This document shows positions 39,388 through 49,378 of a stretch of 64,000 nucleotides of DNA, piece by piece. Position 1 is the first letter of the stretch. Each line of letters begins with the position of its first letter. The notes beneath the pieces are model-generated. The model was not told the DNA's origin. It did not search any database and saw nothing but the letters and a program-made list of their open reading frames with translations. The DNA comes from Chloroflexota bacterium (GTDB lineage: Bacteria; Chloroflexota; Dehalococcoidia; Lucifugimonadales; JADFKI01): positions 32,001 to 96,000 of the forward strand of contig JAQBUT010000004.1 in assembly GCA_027623195.1 (NCBI GenBank), written 5' to 3'. The position numbers and the translations under genes were made by a program.

Positions 39388-40220
39388 CTACCAAAGAAAC
39401 GCCCTCACCGGAAGACTGCTACTTAGAAACCAACGGCGTTCGTCTCCACTATGTCGATTGGGGCAACACTCAGGCCCAGGGTATGCTTATCTTGCACGGC
39501 TTGCAGGACTGCGCCCGATCTTGGGACACCTTCGCCAACGGCATGCAGCACGACTATCACGTAATCGCATTGGACAGCCGGGGACACGGAGACAGCGCCT
39601 GGCTGGATCCAAGCCAGTACACATTCCGCGACTACGTTAGCGATATTGAGGCGTTGGTGGATGCGCTGGGCCTGCAAAAGATCATCTTGGTTGGCCATTC
39701 CGCAGGCGCGCGGTACGCATTCGTGTACGCTAGTGAGCACCCAGATGTTGTCGAATCGCTGATCGTTGTGGACATAGACCCCGACTCTGTTAACCCTGAT
39801 TCACAAGGCATGTTCGACCGCTACAACACGGAGTCTGACGAATGGGCTTCTCTGGAAGACGTGGTGGAGCGACTACGCACCCGCCAGCCACAATCGTCGG
39901 TGGAGATGCTACGCCTGCAGGCCGAGGCGATGACCAACGATTTGGGCGATGGCAAACGCGTCTGGAAAAGGGACAGGGCCATCCTGGGGGCTTACCAGCG
40001 ACCCGAATTGTGGGATGAGTGGTCCAAGGTCAAGATGCCAACGCTAATCGTCAGGGGGCGTCAGAGCAACCTGCTAAATCATGAGACCGCCGTGAAGATG
40101 CACGAAGCGCTGCCACATACGCGGCTCGCGGAGTTGGAAGGCGGAGGCCACTGGTTTTACCAGGAGTTCCCGGGGGCATTCGAGACTACGGTGCGCTGGT
40201 TTCTGGAGAGTCGGAGTTAA
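39384..40220 (+). CDS. alpha/beta hydrolase
   Basis: LHG, DSRGHGDS, nucleophile elbow GHSAG, GGGH. Confidence 0.9.
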   Translation: MTTKETPSPEDCYLETNGVRLHYVDWGNTQAQGMLILHGLQDCARSWDTFANGMQHDYHVIALDSRGHGDSAWLDPSQYTFRDYVSDIEALVDALGLQKIILVGHSAGARYAFVYASEHPDVVESLIVVDIDPDSVNPDSQGMFDRYNTESDEWASLEDVVERLRTRQPQSSVEMLRLQAEAMTNDLGDGKRVWKRDRAILGAYQRPELWDEWSKVKMPTLIVRGRQSNLLNHETAVKMHEALPHTRLAELEGGGHWFYQEFPGAFETTVRWFLESRS

Positions 40221-40446
40221 TCTCTCTATAGTCCGTATCGGCGATTTCTTTTGCCCTGTCGAAATCTTCCTCAGGCACAAACAGTCGATGGGGAATGAAT
40301 TGGGTTACGCCGAGGGCGCCATAGCCGCCACCCATCGGCTGGATAACAGCCGGGATTCCATACTCCTCAAGAATCTGCGCCATCATCTGCGCTTCCATCT
40401 CGTTGTTAAACGTATCCAGAGGGACTATTTTTTGTCTCTGCGGCAT
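40186..40446 (-). CDS. DUF2007-like (putative signal-transducing) small protein
   Basis: EAQMMAQILEEYGIPA...LFVPEEDFDRAKEI; GAGG RBS; 35-nt convergent overlap with the hydrolase. Confidence 0.75.
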   Translation of the reverse strand: MPQRQKIVPLDTFNNEMEAQMMAQILEEYGIPAVIQPMGGGYGALGVTQFIPHRLFVPEEDFDRAKEIADTDYREINSDSPETSAP

Positions 40447-40472
40447 TCAGACCTCACTCGCGCTGCTTCTGA

Positions 40473-41324
40473 CTAACGTCCCTTGTAGACCGGTTGTCGC
40501 TTCTCGACGAAGGCGCGGACGCCCTCCTTGTGATCGGACGTGCTTCGGGCTATGTTCTGGGCAGGGCCGGCCAGCAACAGGCTCTCCTCCAGGTTTTTGA
40601 ACAGCGAGTCCTGTATCAGCTTTTTGATAAGAGCCATCGAATAGGTCGGGCCACTGGCCAGCCGCTTCGCCAGTTCCATGGTCGTATCCATGAGTTCTGA
40701 GGGCGACACAACCTTGCTGACCATACCAAGCCGATATGCCTCCTGCGCCTCCACAGCGTCACCTGTGTACTGAAGCATGAAGGTATGGCTCAAGCCAATC
40801 ATTCTGGGAAGCTGCCAGCAAGAGCCGTCTGCGGGAATCAGCCCTCTGCGTATGAACGTCTCGGAAAACCGAGCGGACTCGGATGCGATTCGTATGTCGC
40901 ATGAGAGGGCAATGCCCATGCCCAGACCCATGGCGTACCCGTTCACTGCGGCAATGGAGGGCTTCTGCAGGTTATGGAGCTTCAGCGGCACAAACCTGAC
41001 GCCGTCCATGTAGGACTCGCCAGAAGCCATTGTGTCCCATTGCTGTTGCAGGTGGTCCCAGGGCTTCACGCCATCCGGGACCGACGTTTCGCCCCGCTCC
41101 TCGTTGGCCTCGTTCATGCGCTTGACGTTCGCGCCTGAGCAAAAAGAAGGGTCGCGTCCAGTGAGCACCAGTGCCCGCAGGTCGGCATCCGCCTCCAGCC
41201 TCTCCAACTCCTGATTAAGCTCACCGGCCATCTCATCGCCGATAGCATTGCGCGTGGGAGGGTCATCCAGCGTAACAATCAGGACGCCGTCCTCTTCAGC
41301 CACGTCTATGAACTGGTATGCCAT
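40473..41324 (-). CDS. enoyl-CoA hydratase/isomerase family
   Basis: FCSGAN, KPSIAAVNG, CDIRIASE, F.RRGL, DHKEGVRAFVEKRQP. Confidence 0.92.
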   Translation of the reverse strand: MAYQFIDVAEEDGVLIVTLDDPPTRNAIGDEMAGELNQELERLEADADLRALVLTGRDPSFCSGANVKRMNEANEERGETSVPDGVKPWDHLQQQWDTMASGESYMDGVRFVPLKLHNLQKPSIAAVNGYAMGLGMGIALSCDIRIASESARFSETFIRRGLIPADGSCWQLPRMIGLSHTFMLQYTGDAVEAQEAYRLGMVSKVVSPSELMDTTMELAKRLASGPTYSMALIKKLIQDSLFKNLEESLLLAGPAQNIARSTSDHKEGVRAFVEKRQPVYKGR

Positions 41325-41370
41325 GACACTCCTTTATCCACTATCGTCGGGTCCACGAATATGGCACGTC

Positions 41371-41811
41371 CTATTGAGCAACCTTGGACTGCAAACACTC
41401 GAAGAACTGTTTCATCAACATTTTGGATGCGTTACCCATAAGGCGCTGCCCAACCCTGGCAACGATTCCAGTGACCCTGGCGTCGCCAACGACGCTGACT
41501 TGCGTTCCACCGTTGTCCGCGTCCTCGAAGTTCAAAAAACCCTCGCCTTTGACGCCGCCACCGGCACCCCGTCCCTCAACGATCATCTTGTAGGACACCA
41601 TGTCGATCTTATCCGTAACAACCACCTTGCCGGTGTACGTTCCGGAAACGGCAGCCACGCCGACTCGCATCACTACCTCGTAGGAATCCGGGCCAACCTC
41701 GTCCAGCTTCTGGCAACCTGGTATACAGTCGGCCAAAACCTTGGGCGATAGTAGCAAATCCCAGACCTTGGCCTTGGGCGCGTCGAATGTGAAAGAGCCT
41801 TCAACTTTCAA
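41371..41811 (-). CDS. coxG: CoxG/SRPBCC-family protein
   Basis: VWDLL...LADCIPGC, G.V...V.G.Y.G, ARVGQRLM...FF. Confidence 0.85.
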   Translation of the reverse strand: MKVEGSFTFDAPKAKVWDLLLSPKVLADCIPGCQKLDEVGPDSYEVVMRVGVAAVSGTYTGKVVVTDKIDMVSYKMIVEGRGAGGGVKGEGFLNFEDADNGGTQVSVVGDARVTGIVARVGQRLMGNASKMLMKQFFECLQSKVAQ

Positions 41812-42114
41812 TGAGTTTCACTCCCAGTCCCGAAATAAGGCGATGCTAAGGATATTCGCTTGTTCTCATCCTGCGCACTCCGTACGAAGAGGCGGCACCC
41901 GCATTATAGCCGGTTTACTGCCGCAGATAGATGGTCGCATCAAGCCTACCACAAGCCGGCTTTATCGCGCCAACGCCGCCCGATTACGTGGCATTTTATT
42001 GAATTTATAAGGGTGGTAGCCCAACTATGTTTTTGCTGTTATAATCCTGCTGCTTTCGGCATAGACACCTAGTATACGAGTCGTACAAAAACATTCCTCT
42101 GGAGGTTTCACCTC

Positions 42115-42582
42115 ATGACCGTGACAATTACAGTCGAAGTCAACGGCGAATCATACACCAATGACGTGGAACCCCGCCTGCTGCTGACCCACTACATACG
42201 GGAAGTTCTAAATCTCACTGGCACCCATGTGGGATGCGACACCAGCAACTGCGGGGCATGCACAATTATTCTGGATGGCAAGGCTGTTAAGTCCTGCACT
42301 GTCCTGGCGGTAAGGGCCAACGGGGGCAAAGTTACAACGATCGAAGGTCTCGCCAAAAAGAACGGTGAGCTTCACCCGTTGCAGGATGCCTTCTGGGAGA
42401 AACACGGCCTCCAGTGCGGATTCTGCACTCCTGGCATGATCATGTCGGCCTACGATCTGCTAAGCAACAATCCTAACCCCTCGGAACAGGACATCCGCGA
42501 GGGAATGTCAGGCAACCTTTGCCGATGCACCGGATACCACAACATCGTCAAGGCCATCGAGTACGCCGCCCAAAAGATGTGA
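42115..42582 (+). CDS. coxS: CO dehydrogenase/xanthine dehydrogenase-family small [2Fe-2S] subunit
   Basis: [31 protein letters not shown]. Confidence 0.93.
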   Translation: MTVTITVEVNGESYTNDVEPRLLLTHYIREVLNLTGTHVGCDTSNCGACTIILDGKAVKSCTVLAVRANGGKVTTIEGLAKKNGELHPLQDAFWEKHGLQCGFCTPGMIMSAYDLLSNNPNPSEQDIREGMSGNLCRCTGYHNIVKAIEYAAQKM

Positions 42583-42714
42583 TTTTGGCTTCTGTCGATC
42601 TTTAGGACGATGGAGGTTCGGCCATAACGTAGCGCACCTACGCAGATTGCGATTTTTTAAAGATAACATTTGCCAGACGGACCCATCCAAAAGAACCAAA
42701 ATAAAGGAGAGGGC

Positions 42715-43578
42715 ATGATACCAAGGGCATTTGAATACCACGCACCAACAAGCGTTGCCGAAGCGGCCAGCCTGCTGGACCAGCACGGCGATAGCGCAAA
42801 GTTGTTAGCCGGCGGCCATAGTCTCCTTCCGTTAATGAAGTTGCGCCTGGCCCAACCTGAGGTCGTTATCGACCTGGCCAAGATTAGCGATCTGTCGTAC
42901 ATACGTCAGAGCAACGGAGGCCTGTCCATTGGGGCGATGACAACGTACGCCGACATTGAGTCGTCTGCGGATGTTCAGAGCCTGGCGCCCGCGTTGGCTG
43001 AAACGGCCGGTATGGTGGCAGACAGACAGGTCCGCAACATGGGCACCATTGGCGGTAGCTTGGCTCACTCAGACCCTGCTGGAGACCTCCCGGCGATAAT
43101 CCTGGCTCTGGGCGCTCAGATGGTGACCAGCTCCAGCGGCGCTCATCGCACAATTGCCGCAGACGATTTCTTCGTTGATCTCTTCACCACTGCTCTGCAG
43201 CCAAACGAGATATTAAACGAAATACAGATACCCGCCCTGCCCTCTGGCACGGGAACCGCATACGCCAAGTTCGGCAACAAGGCCTCGCATTACGCCATCG
43301 TAGGCATAGCCGCTGTGCTAACAGCAAGTGGCGGTAAATGCCAGAGCGTACGCATTGGCATCACCGGAGCAGGGGCTAAGGCCACTCGTGCCACTTCCGT
43401 GGAGAATGCCCTCACGGGCGCAAGCTTGGACGGCGCTACTATCAAAGCAGCGGCCCAACTTGCCAGCGACGGCATTGATTTCAATGAGGATGTTCACGCC
43501 TCTGCGGAGTATCGTGCCCACCTTACAAGGCTATACACCGAACGGGTGCTCCTGGAAGCGGCGTCCAGAGCAGGCTAA
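42715..43578 (+). CDS. coxM: CO dehydrogenase/xanthine dehydrogenase-family medium FAD subunit
   Basis: MIPRAFEYHAP, AGGHSLLPLMKLRLA, QVRNMGTIGGS, DPAGD, SAEYRAHL; ATG after AAGGAGAGG. Confidence 0.93.
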   Translation: MIPRAFEYHAPTSVAEAASLLDQHGDSAKLLAGGHSLLPLMKLRLAQPEVVIDLAKISDLSYIRQSNGGLSIGAMTTYADIESSADVQSLAPALAETAGMVADRQVRNMGTIGGSLAHSDPAGDLPAIILALGAQMVTSSSGAHRTIAADDFFVDLFTTALQPNEILNEIQIPALPSGTGTAYAKFGNKASHYAIVGIAAVLTASGGKCQSVRIGITGAGAKATRATSVENALTGASLDGATIKAAAQLASDGIDFNEDVHASAEYRAHLTRLYTERVLLEAASRAG

Positions 43579-43608
43579 TTTTCTTTGGGTATTTAGAGGA
43601 TTGAAAAC

Positions 43609-43645
43609 AAAAAGAGGGACGGTCGTAAAACCGTCCCTCTTTTTT
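43609..43645. terminator. bidirectional intrinsic terminator
   Basis: aaaaagagggacggt-cgtaaa-accgtccctctttttt between convergent genes. Confidence 0.85.
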
Positions 43646-43687
43646 ATTCATGCGTTTGCGCAATGAGTGCCAACTCTGGGCGATTTA

Positions 43688-43713
43688 CCCTTGGGCAGAC
43701 TCAGGTTGAACGG
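43688..43713. repeat. degenerate REP-like unit
   Basis: cccttgggcagactcaggttgaacgg resembles the cttcgacag-ctca-g-gaacg type units at 37417-37513. Confidence 0.35.
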
Positions 43714-43785
43714 GCTTTTTGCCTACGCTTCTGGTGAGACATATGATCCACGCACCGACGACATGGGCTGCATTACCAGCGGGCT

Positions 43786-44790
43786 CTAACCTGGCTCCAG
43801 TGCCGTGGCAATCGCTTTAACGTCTATGTGCTCTTCCATAAGCCGGGCAAAGCGTTCCAGCTTGGCCGGATGATCGAATCGGCCATGCTCCATCAGCGAA
43901 TTCAGATTTTCCATTGTGCCCAGCGTGCCCTCTGAGACCAGCACAAGGGGCACCTCTTCCAGCTCGGCCTCATTTTGGACATACCCAATTGGCTTAACGC
44001 CATTGGTAAGCACCAGGCAGGCTGTGGTTCCAGTCGCTGACAACGCAGCCATCTGGATGTCGGGACGGTCGCCCCGAACGACCACCGCACGGTTGTCGTG
44101 AATCCCAAAGTAAATCTCGCCGGGGTCCAGACTCATCCCACCCACCATGAGATACTCCACCAGGGAGTCTCGGTCACCGCCATCTGCCAGGTATTCTCCA
44201 CCGAGGTGCTCGGAAAGCTGGTTTACGGATACACCCAAAAGACGCCTATCCTCAGGCACCGCCCCAAGTGATTTCATTCCCTCGTTAGCCATGGATTCCA
44301 GCAGGCCCGACTTCGACGCCGTACCCTGGTACATGGATACGCCGTTAATCACGTACCCCAACAGGCGGCCTTTGAACGCGTCCTGCCACTTACGAAATTC
44401 AAATGCCTTTCGTTCCGAGCTATAACGCGATACCACAACTGCCTTGGCGTCCAGAGCTTCAGCCAGCTTCCCGGCGTCGGCGGCAGAAATATCGCTTGAG
44501 CCTTCAACGATCACAACGTCCTGGTCTTCGGCCACGCCAATGGCGGCCGTCTTGATCTGCCCTAAGAGATCGTCGGATATTGCCCCAGAAGCTGAAATAA
44601 TGGGCCAGCCATCAACTTCTGTGGACAGAAGGGCCTGATATATAGCAACGTCGGGGTCATCATCAGATGTGCCGATGGGCTTGAAGATTGTGACCCTTTT
44701 CCCCTGTTTTGTGAGCAGATGGGCCAGCCCAACGCAAAGCGAAGTCTTCCCTGCGCCTCGCTCGTTAGAGGTGACATACAGCAGTGTCAT
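43786..44790 (-). CDS. BioD-like/DRTGG-domain protein (phosphotransacetylase N-terminal-like)
   Basis: LYVTS...GAGKT, FKPIG, VVIVEG, RGDRPDIQMAAL, CLVLTNG. Confidence 0.85.
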   Translation of the reverse strand: MTLLYVTSNERGAGKTSLCVGLAHLLTKQGKRVTIFKPIGTSDDDPDVAIYQALLSTEVDGWPIISASGAISDDLLGQIKTAAIGVAEDQDVVIVEGSSDISAADAGKLAEALDAKAVVVSRYSSERKAFEFRKWQDAFKGRLLGYVINGVSMYQGTASKSGLLESMANEGMKSLGAVPEDRRLLGVSVNQLSEHLGGEYLADGGDRDSLVEYLMVGGMSLDPGEIYFGIHDNRAVVVRGDRPDIQMAALSATGTTACLVLTNGVKPIGYVQNEAELEEVPLVLVSEGTLGTMENLNSLMEHGRFDHPAKLERFARLMEEHIDVKAIATALEPG

Positions 44791-45074
44791 TAGTCGCTGC
44801 CTTTCCATGCAAACGCTTTCGGATAATATACGGCATCGGGCCTAATCCGAGCGTACCATGCGGCCCCAAAATTACGGACGCAATTATAGCAAAGGCAAAA
44901 ATAGCGTGCACCGGTTTCACAGACAAGGTTATAATGTCTTGGCCTAACACTCGCCAGCACCTTCCAAGGAATTCGCACAACTCAAGACAACTGTTCCTTG
45001 TGGAAAAGGGTGAGTGCACGGCATCCACTAAAGGCCGTCAAGCGTATAAATACCTGGTAGAGCCAGTCCTGGTA

Positions 45075-45677
45075 ATGACTTCCCATTTGAGCAAATTCGT
45101 TTACACATCTAGGGCGTCCACTGTGGTTAGAACGGCCATGGCGGCCGCTGTTTTGGCCCTGCTGTTCGTGGCATGCTCCACGGCACAAAGCGATGTTCCA
45201 AAGTATGATCAGCGAGCCCAGGGCCTTAACAAGACCATCATGTGTCCCATCTGCCCCGGGGAGTCTATCGACCAGTCGCAGGCGACTATCTCGCTACAGA
45301 TGAGGGAAATCGTCCGTGAGAAACTGAACGATGGTTGGTCCGATGACCAGATTCGTGACTTCTTCGTGGACCGTTACGGACCCAGCGTTCTCATGGAACC
45401 CCCAACGGAGGGCTTCAGCATCATGGCGTGGATAGTTCCGCCGGTGATCGTCGCCACAGCCATTGCAGCCTTTTTGCTTGCGATAAGATGGATGCGCCAG
45501 CCGGGTCGACATGAGCGGCAGGCCGAACGAAGGGGCGACACAGTTTATCAAGCCGACCTCGAACGCTACTATGAACGCATTGAGGCCGCCTTGGAGCCAC
45601 CGTTGACTGGGGCGTCAATCGCCAGCAGCGATAACGTAACGGACGATACAGGTAACAAAGAGGAGCACCATGGTTGA
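45075..45677 (+). CDS. ccmH: cytochrome c biogenesis protein CcmH/NrfF
   Basis: MCPICPGESIDQS, MREIVREKL..G.SDDQI.DFFVDRYG.SVL.EPP, WIVP; start uncertain. Confidence 0.85.
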   Translation: MTSHLSKFVYTSRASTVVRTAMAAAVLALLFVACSTAQSDVPKYDQRAQGLNKTIMCPICPGESIDQSQATISLQMREIVREKLNDGWSDDQIRDFFVDRYGPSVLMEPPTEGFSIMAWIVPPVIVATAIAAFLLAIRWMRQPGRHERQAERRGDTVYQADLERYYERIEAALEPPLTGASIASSDNVTDDTGNKEEHHG

Positions 45678-47655
45678 GGCGGGTCAAATTGCGCTGGTAA
45701 TCGCCTTCGTGGTGGCGCTGTACGTTCCCGTGGCGTCATTTGTGGGTTCGTGGCAAAAGGTGCCCGAGCTAACGGCCAGCGGACGCTACGGTTTCTACAC
45801 GATTCCTCTAATGCTTCTGATTTCCACGGCGGCGCTGGTTTACTCATTCGTCGTTCGGGACTTCTCTGTGCGTTATGTATTTGAAAACAGCAATCTGGCG
45901 ATGCCACAGATATACACATGGGTTGCCTTCTACGCCGGAAACGCAGGCTCCCTGCTTTACCTGGCAGTCACACTGTCCATCGTCTCCGTAGTTGCGGTGC
46001 TAACAATACGAAAGCGGCTGCCCTACACGGCTCCCTACGCCACAGGCATCATGGCTTTGGTTATTGCATTCTTCCTTGGAATCATGGTCTTTATGGCGAA
46101 TCCGCTGGCGGTTCTGGACTTTGTGCCCCCCGATGGTCAGGGAATTAACCCGCTTCTCATTCATTTCGGCATGTTCATACACCCTCCACTGCAGATGGCT
46201 GGCCTTGTGCTCGTAGCCATACCATTCAGCATAGCTATCGGCGCGCTGGCGGCCCGTCGCGGAGGCCGGGACGAATGGGTAGACCTGGGCAGGCTATGGG
46301 GAATGATCTCCTGGTTAATCCTCACCATTGGACTGCTGCTCGGGAGCTGGTGGGCCTACACGATCCTTGGTTGGGGTGGGTACTGGGCCTGGGATCCCGT
46401 GGAGAACTCCGCGCTGATGCCCTGGCTTGCTATGACGGCATTCGTTCATTCCATCATGGTACAGAAGCGGCGGGGCATGTTCCGAATGTGGAACATGGTC
46501 CTTATCATCGTTGGGTTCACCTTGGCCCAGATGGGTATGTTCATCAACAGAGGAGGCCCAGTGCCGTCGGTCCACTCGTTTGCACAGTCGGCAATGGGAT
46601 GGCTGTTCCTGATGTTCATGGCGGTCACTATGATTGCGGCCATCGCCGTATTCTTCTGGCGACTGGAGTCCCTCAAGAGCCGGGCTAGCCTGGAGTCTCC
46701 CCTCTCCCGCGAGAGCGCATTTCTGGGACAGAACATACTCTTTCTGACCGTGGCCTTTGTGACTCTGTGGGGAACGCTATTCCCTATTTTCAGTGAGGCC
46801 GCTCAAGGCACAGTCATAACCGTAGGCCGACCTTTCTTCGACAAGGTTAACGGCCCCATACTTCTGGGCATAGTCTTCCTTATGGGCGTCGGCCCGCTGT
46901 TGCCGTGGCGCAGAGCGACCGTACGCAATCTGCTTCGCGCGCTTCGAGTGCCCATGGCAACAGCTCTGTTGACCGTCATAATTCTGGTTGTCCTCGGCAT
47001 CCGGCAGGTCCCAGCCGTTGTTGCCTTTGCCACCGTGGCCCTGGTTCTGGCAGGCATCGCCAACGAATGGTTCCGAGGAACACGCTCTCGACATAGCAGA
47101 GGCGAGTCCTACCCAGTTGCGTTCATGAACCTGCTCTCCGGCAACAGACCTCGGTACGGCGGCTACATAGTCCACCTGGGGATTCTGATGCTGGCAATAG
47201 GAGCAATCGCATCCTCGTTTTACAGCACCCAACGCGACCTGGTCATGGAACCCGGAGACGTGGCCAGTATCGGCAATTACACCTTCGAGTATCTTGGTGT
47301 AGAGAACAAAACCTACTCCGACCGTGAGGAGGCCATTGCCTCCTTTAGCGTCTTTCAGAAAGGCAAGAGCGTGGGCAGAATGGAGGCCTTCCGTGCCTTT
47401 TATCCAGACTTCCGCATCGCCGCCACCAAAGGCGCAATACGAAGTACCCCGGTGGAGGATTTCTACATAGTCCCGTCTGAGTTCCAGGACGGAGGACAAG
47501 CCGTGTTTCGTATTCTGGTAAATCCTCTGGTGTGGTGGATGTGGGCATCCGGCCCTATCATAGCTTTGGGGATAGGCTTCGGGCTTTGGCCTGTGCGACA
47601 GCCGGTTGCGGCTACAGTACGTCTTCCCGCCGGCGTCCAGGCAGCGAGGGCATAG
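45670..47655 (+). CDS. ccmF: heme lyase CcmF/NrfE
   Basis: GINPLL, IHPP, WAYTILGWGGYWAWDPVEN (WWD domain), SVHSF, GGYIVHLG, NPLVWW.W. Confidence 0.95.
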   Translation: MVEAGQIALVIAFVVALYVPVASFVGSWQKVPELTASGRYGFYTIPLMLLISTAALVYSFVVRDFSVRYVFENSNLAMPQIYTWVAFYAGNAGSLLYLAVTLSIVSVVAVLTIRKRLPYTAPYATGIMALVIAFFLGIMVFMANPLAVLDFVPPDGQGINPLLIHFGMFIHPPLQMAGLVLVAIPFSIAIGALAARRGGRDEWVDLGRLWGMISWLILTIGLLLGSWWAYTILGWGGYWAWDPVENSALMPWLAMTAFVHSIMVQKRRGMFRMWNMVLIIVGFTLAQMGMFINRGGPVPSVHSFAQSAMGWLFLMFMAVTMIAAIAVFFWRLESLKSRASLESPLSRESAFLGQNILFLTVAFVTLWGTLFPIFSEAAQGTVITVGRPFFDKVNGPILLGIVFLMGVGPLLPWRRATVRNLLRALRVPMATALLTVIILVVLGIRQVPAVVAFATVALVLAGIANEWFRGTRSRHSRGESYPVAFMNLLSGNRPRYGGYIVHLGILMLAIGAIASSFYSTQRDLVMEPGDVASIGNYTFEYLGVENKTYSDREEAIASFSVFQKGKSVGRMEAFRAFYPDFRIAATKGAIRSTPVEDFYIVPSEFQDGGQAVFRILVNPLVWWMWASGPIIALGIGFGLWPVRQPVAATVRLPAGVQAARA

Positions 47656-47665
47656 GCCAAACTTC

Positions 47666-48064
47666 TTGATCATACTGATAGCATTACTTCTGGCGCTAAT
47701 TCCCGCTCTGGCGGTGCTTTACCCTTTCCTTCGAGGCAACGCCGCCAACGAGTGGTTAGACGACGAAAGCTCCCCTATGGTCGATCTGGAACGACGTTGG
47801 GATTCGGCCATCTCCGGCATCAAAAACACCGAGCTGGAATACTCCATTGGCAACCTGGATGAGGAAGACTACCTGTGGCTTCGGCAGGAGTATATGCGTG
47901 AGGCGGCTATGGTTATGCACTCCATGGAGTTGGAGGACGAGCAGGAGGCGGAGCTGCTGGCGGCCATCGAGCGGGAGATACAGCAGGTGCGAGAACGCAC
48001 TGTCGGTAGCGACGCCGCTGTGACTGGCGCAGAGGCCCCTCAGGACCCTGTTTCCGGTGAATAA
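47666..48064 (+). CDS. ccm-associated hypothetical membrane protein
   Basis: TTG start, N-terminal TM ending YPFLR, helical motif IKNTELEYSIGNLDEEDY. Confidence 0.65.
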   Translation: MIILIALLLALIPALAVLYPFLRGNAANEWLDDESSPMVDLERRWDSAISGIKNTELEYSIGNLDEEDYLWLRQEYMREAAMVMHSMELEDEQEAELLAAIEREIQQVRERTVGSDAAVTGAEAPQDPVSGE

Positions 48065-49247
48065 ACGTCTTGCGCTGTCGGGAATAGTGCTTCTAGCCTT
48101 GATAACTACTTCGCTCATCAACCCGTTGTTCGTACTCGCTCAACAAGAGGGCTTTACCGTAGAAGGCCGCGTGGTTGACGGCTCTCCAGACGCAACTGCC
48201 CCAGCGGGCCTGGTTGTGACGCTACATCAGGAAGGGGCAGCCTTACACGAACATCTGGAAACCACCACCGACTTCGAGGGCCGCTTCCAGTTCGAGAACG
48301 TCGTGCCAGAACCTTTCGTAGTTTACGGGGTGTCCGTCCGTTACCAGGAGGCACTATACGGCACCGACGTTAACCTGCGGAATGGCAAGCCAGAGGCCTT
48401 GACACTGAAAATTTTTGAGATCTCCAACGATCTGCAAATTATCCACACCAACTCGGCTTCTGTGCTGTTCTCCGACGTCGACAAGGAGGCGGGAACTATC
48501 GCCGTTCTGGAGATCGTGCAGCTGGCGAACGACTCCGACTACACATACGTCGCGGGCACTGACGTGCCGATGAACCTGTTGCGATTTGGGCTACCGCCCG
48601 GTTCAGAATCACTGCAGGTGGACACACGCCTATTAGGGGCAGACGTTGTGCAGGTGGACAGGGGCTTCGCTGTTCTGGCAGCCGTCCCGCCAGGAAATCA
48701 CGACATCATGTACACCTACGAGTTCCCGTACACAGAGGGCGTGGAAACCTTCACCAAGTCGTTGCCCTTCGGAGCGGAAGGACTGCGGATACTCTCACCT
48801 GACGAAGTCCTTACTCTTTCCAGTGAACAACTCGGTAGCCCCAGTAATGTAACCATAGGCCAGCGCCCATACCAGTTGATAGAAAAGGCAGACCTACCCA
48901 GAGGTTCGCGCGTTGACGTTACCCTGTCCGACTTACCCCAACCATCGTCTATTGAGCGCATTTTCTACACCGCCAAGACTATCCGCGTGGAGTTCGCAGC
49001 GCCGGCGGTCCTGGCCCTACTAATGGCCATCCTCACAGTCTTTGCAGTCCGCATGAGTCGGCGAAGACATACACTTCCTGTATTGGCAGACCCGGCCGCG
49101 GCAGTGGAGCAGCAGGAACGATTCACCCTACTACGACTCGTCTCCGAATTGGAGAAGAGCTATGAGGACGGCAGCTTGCCTGCAGAGAACTACCTCAGAC
49201 AACGCCGAGTGCTGGAGGCTAGACTTCAATCAACCAAAGAGGATTGA
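48057..49247 (+). CDS. ccm-associated exported, C-terminally anchored hypothetical protein
   Basis: Signal peptide, beta-sandwich-like VEGRVVDG...TTTDFEGRFQFENV, C-terminal TM and ELEKSYEDGSL..ENY motif. Confidence 0.7.
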   Translation: MNKRLALSGIVLLALITTSLINPLFVLAQQEGFTVEGRVVDGSPDATAPAGLVVTLHQEGAALHEHLETTTDFEGRFQFENVVPEPFVVYGVSVRYQEALYGTDVNLRNGKPEALTLKIFEISNDLQIIHTNSASVLFSDVDKEAGTIAVLEIVQLANDSDYTYVAGTDVPMNLLRFGLPPGSESLQVDTRLLGADVVQVDRGFAVLAAVPPGNHDIMYTYEFPYTEGVETFTKSLPFGAEGLRILSPDEVLTLSSEQLGSPSNVTIGQRPYQLIEKADLPRGSRVDVTLSDLPQPSSIERIFYTAKTIRVEFAAPAVLALLMAILTVFAVRMSRRRHTLPVLADPAAAVEQQERFTLLRLVSELEKSYEDGSLPAENYLRQRRVLEARLQSTKED

Positions 49248-49378
49248 GGACCGTCGTAAAAGTACGCCCTAGCGCCAATTGGTTCACAACGGTAGCTTAG
49301 ATACGTTCTGCGCTGGTCTACAATCGTCTGATTCCATGTAAAATACCATTGAATCTGTAACCGGGGTACAGGATCAGG

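Noticed and set aside
42605..42642. Fluoride-riboswitch-like GATGG-GTTC...CCTAC, or a coxL remnant, in the coxS-coxM spacer
   Set aside because: Lacks the conserved GCTRATGAC segment, has the wrong gene context, and no CoxL-like peptide is seen in any frame
44784..45074. 97-aa N-terminal extension of ccmH
   Set aside because: Spans the divergent promoter region and has no family-like content
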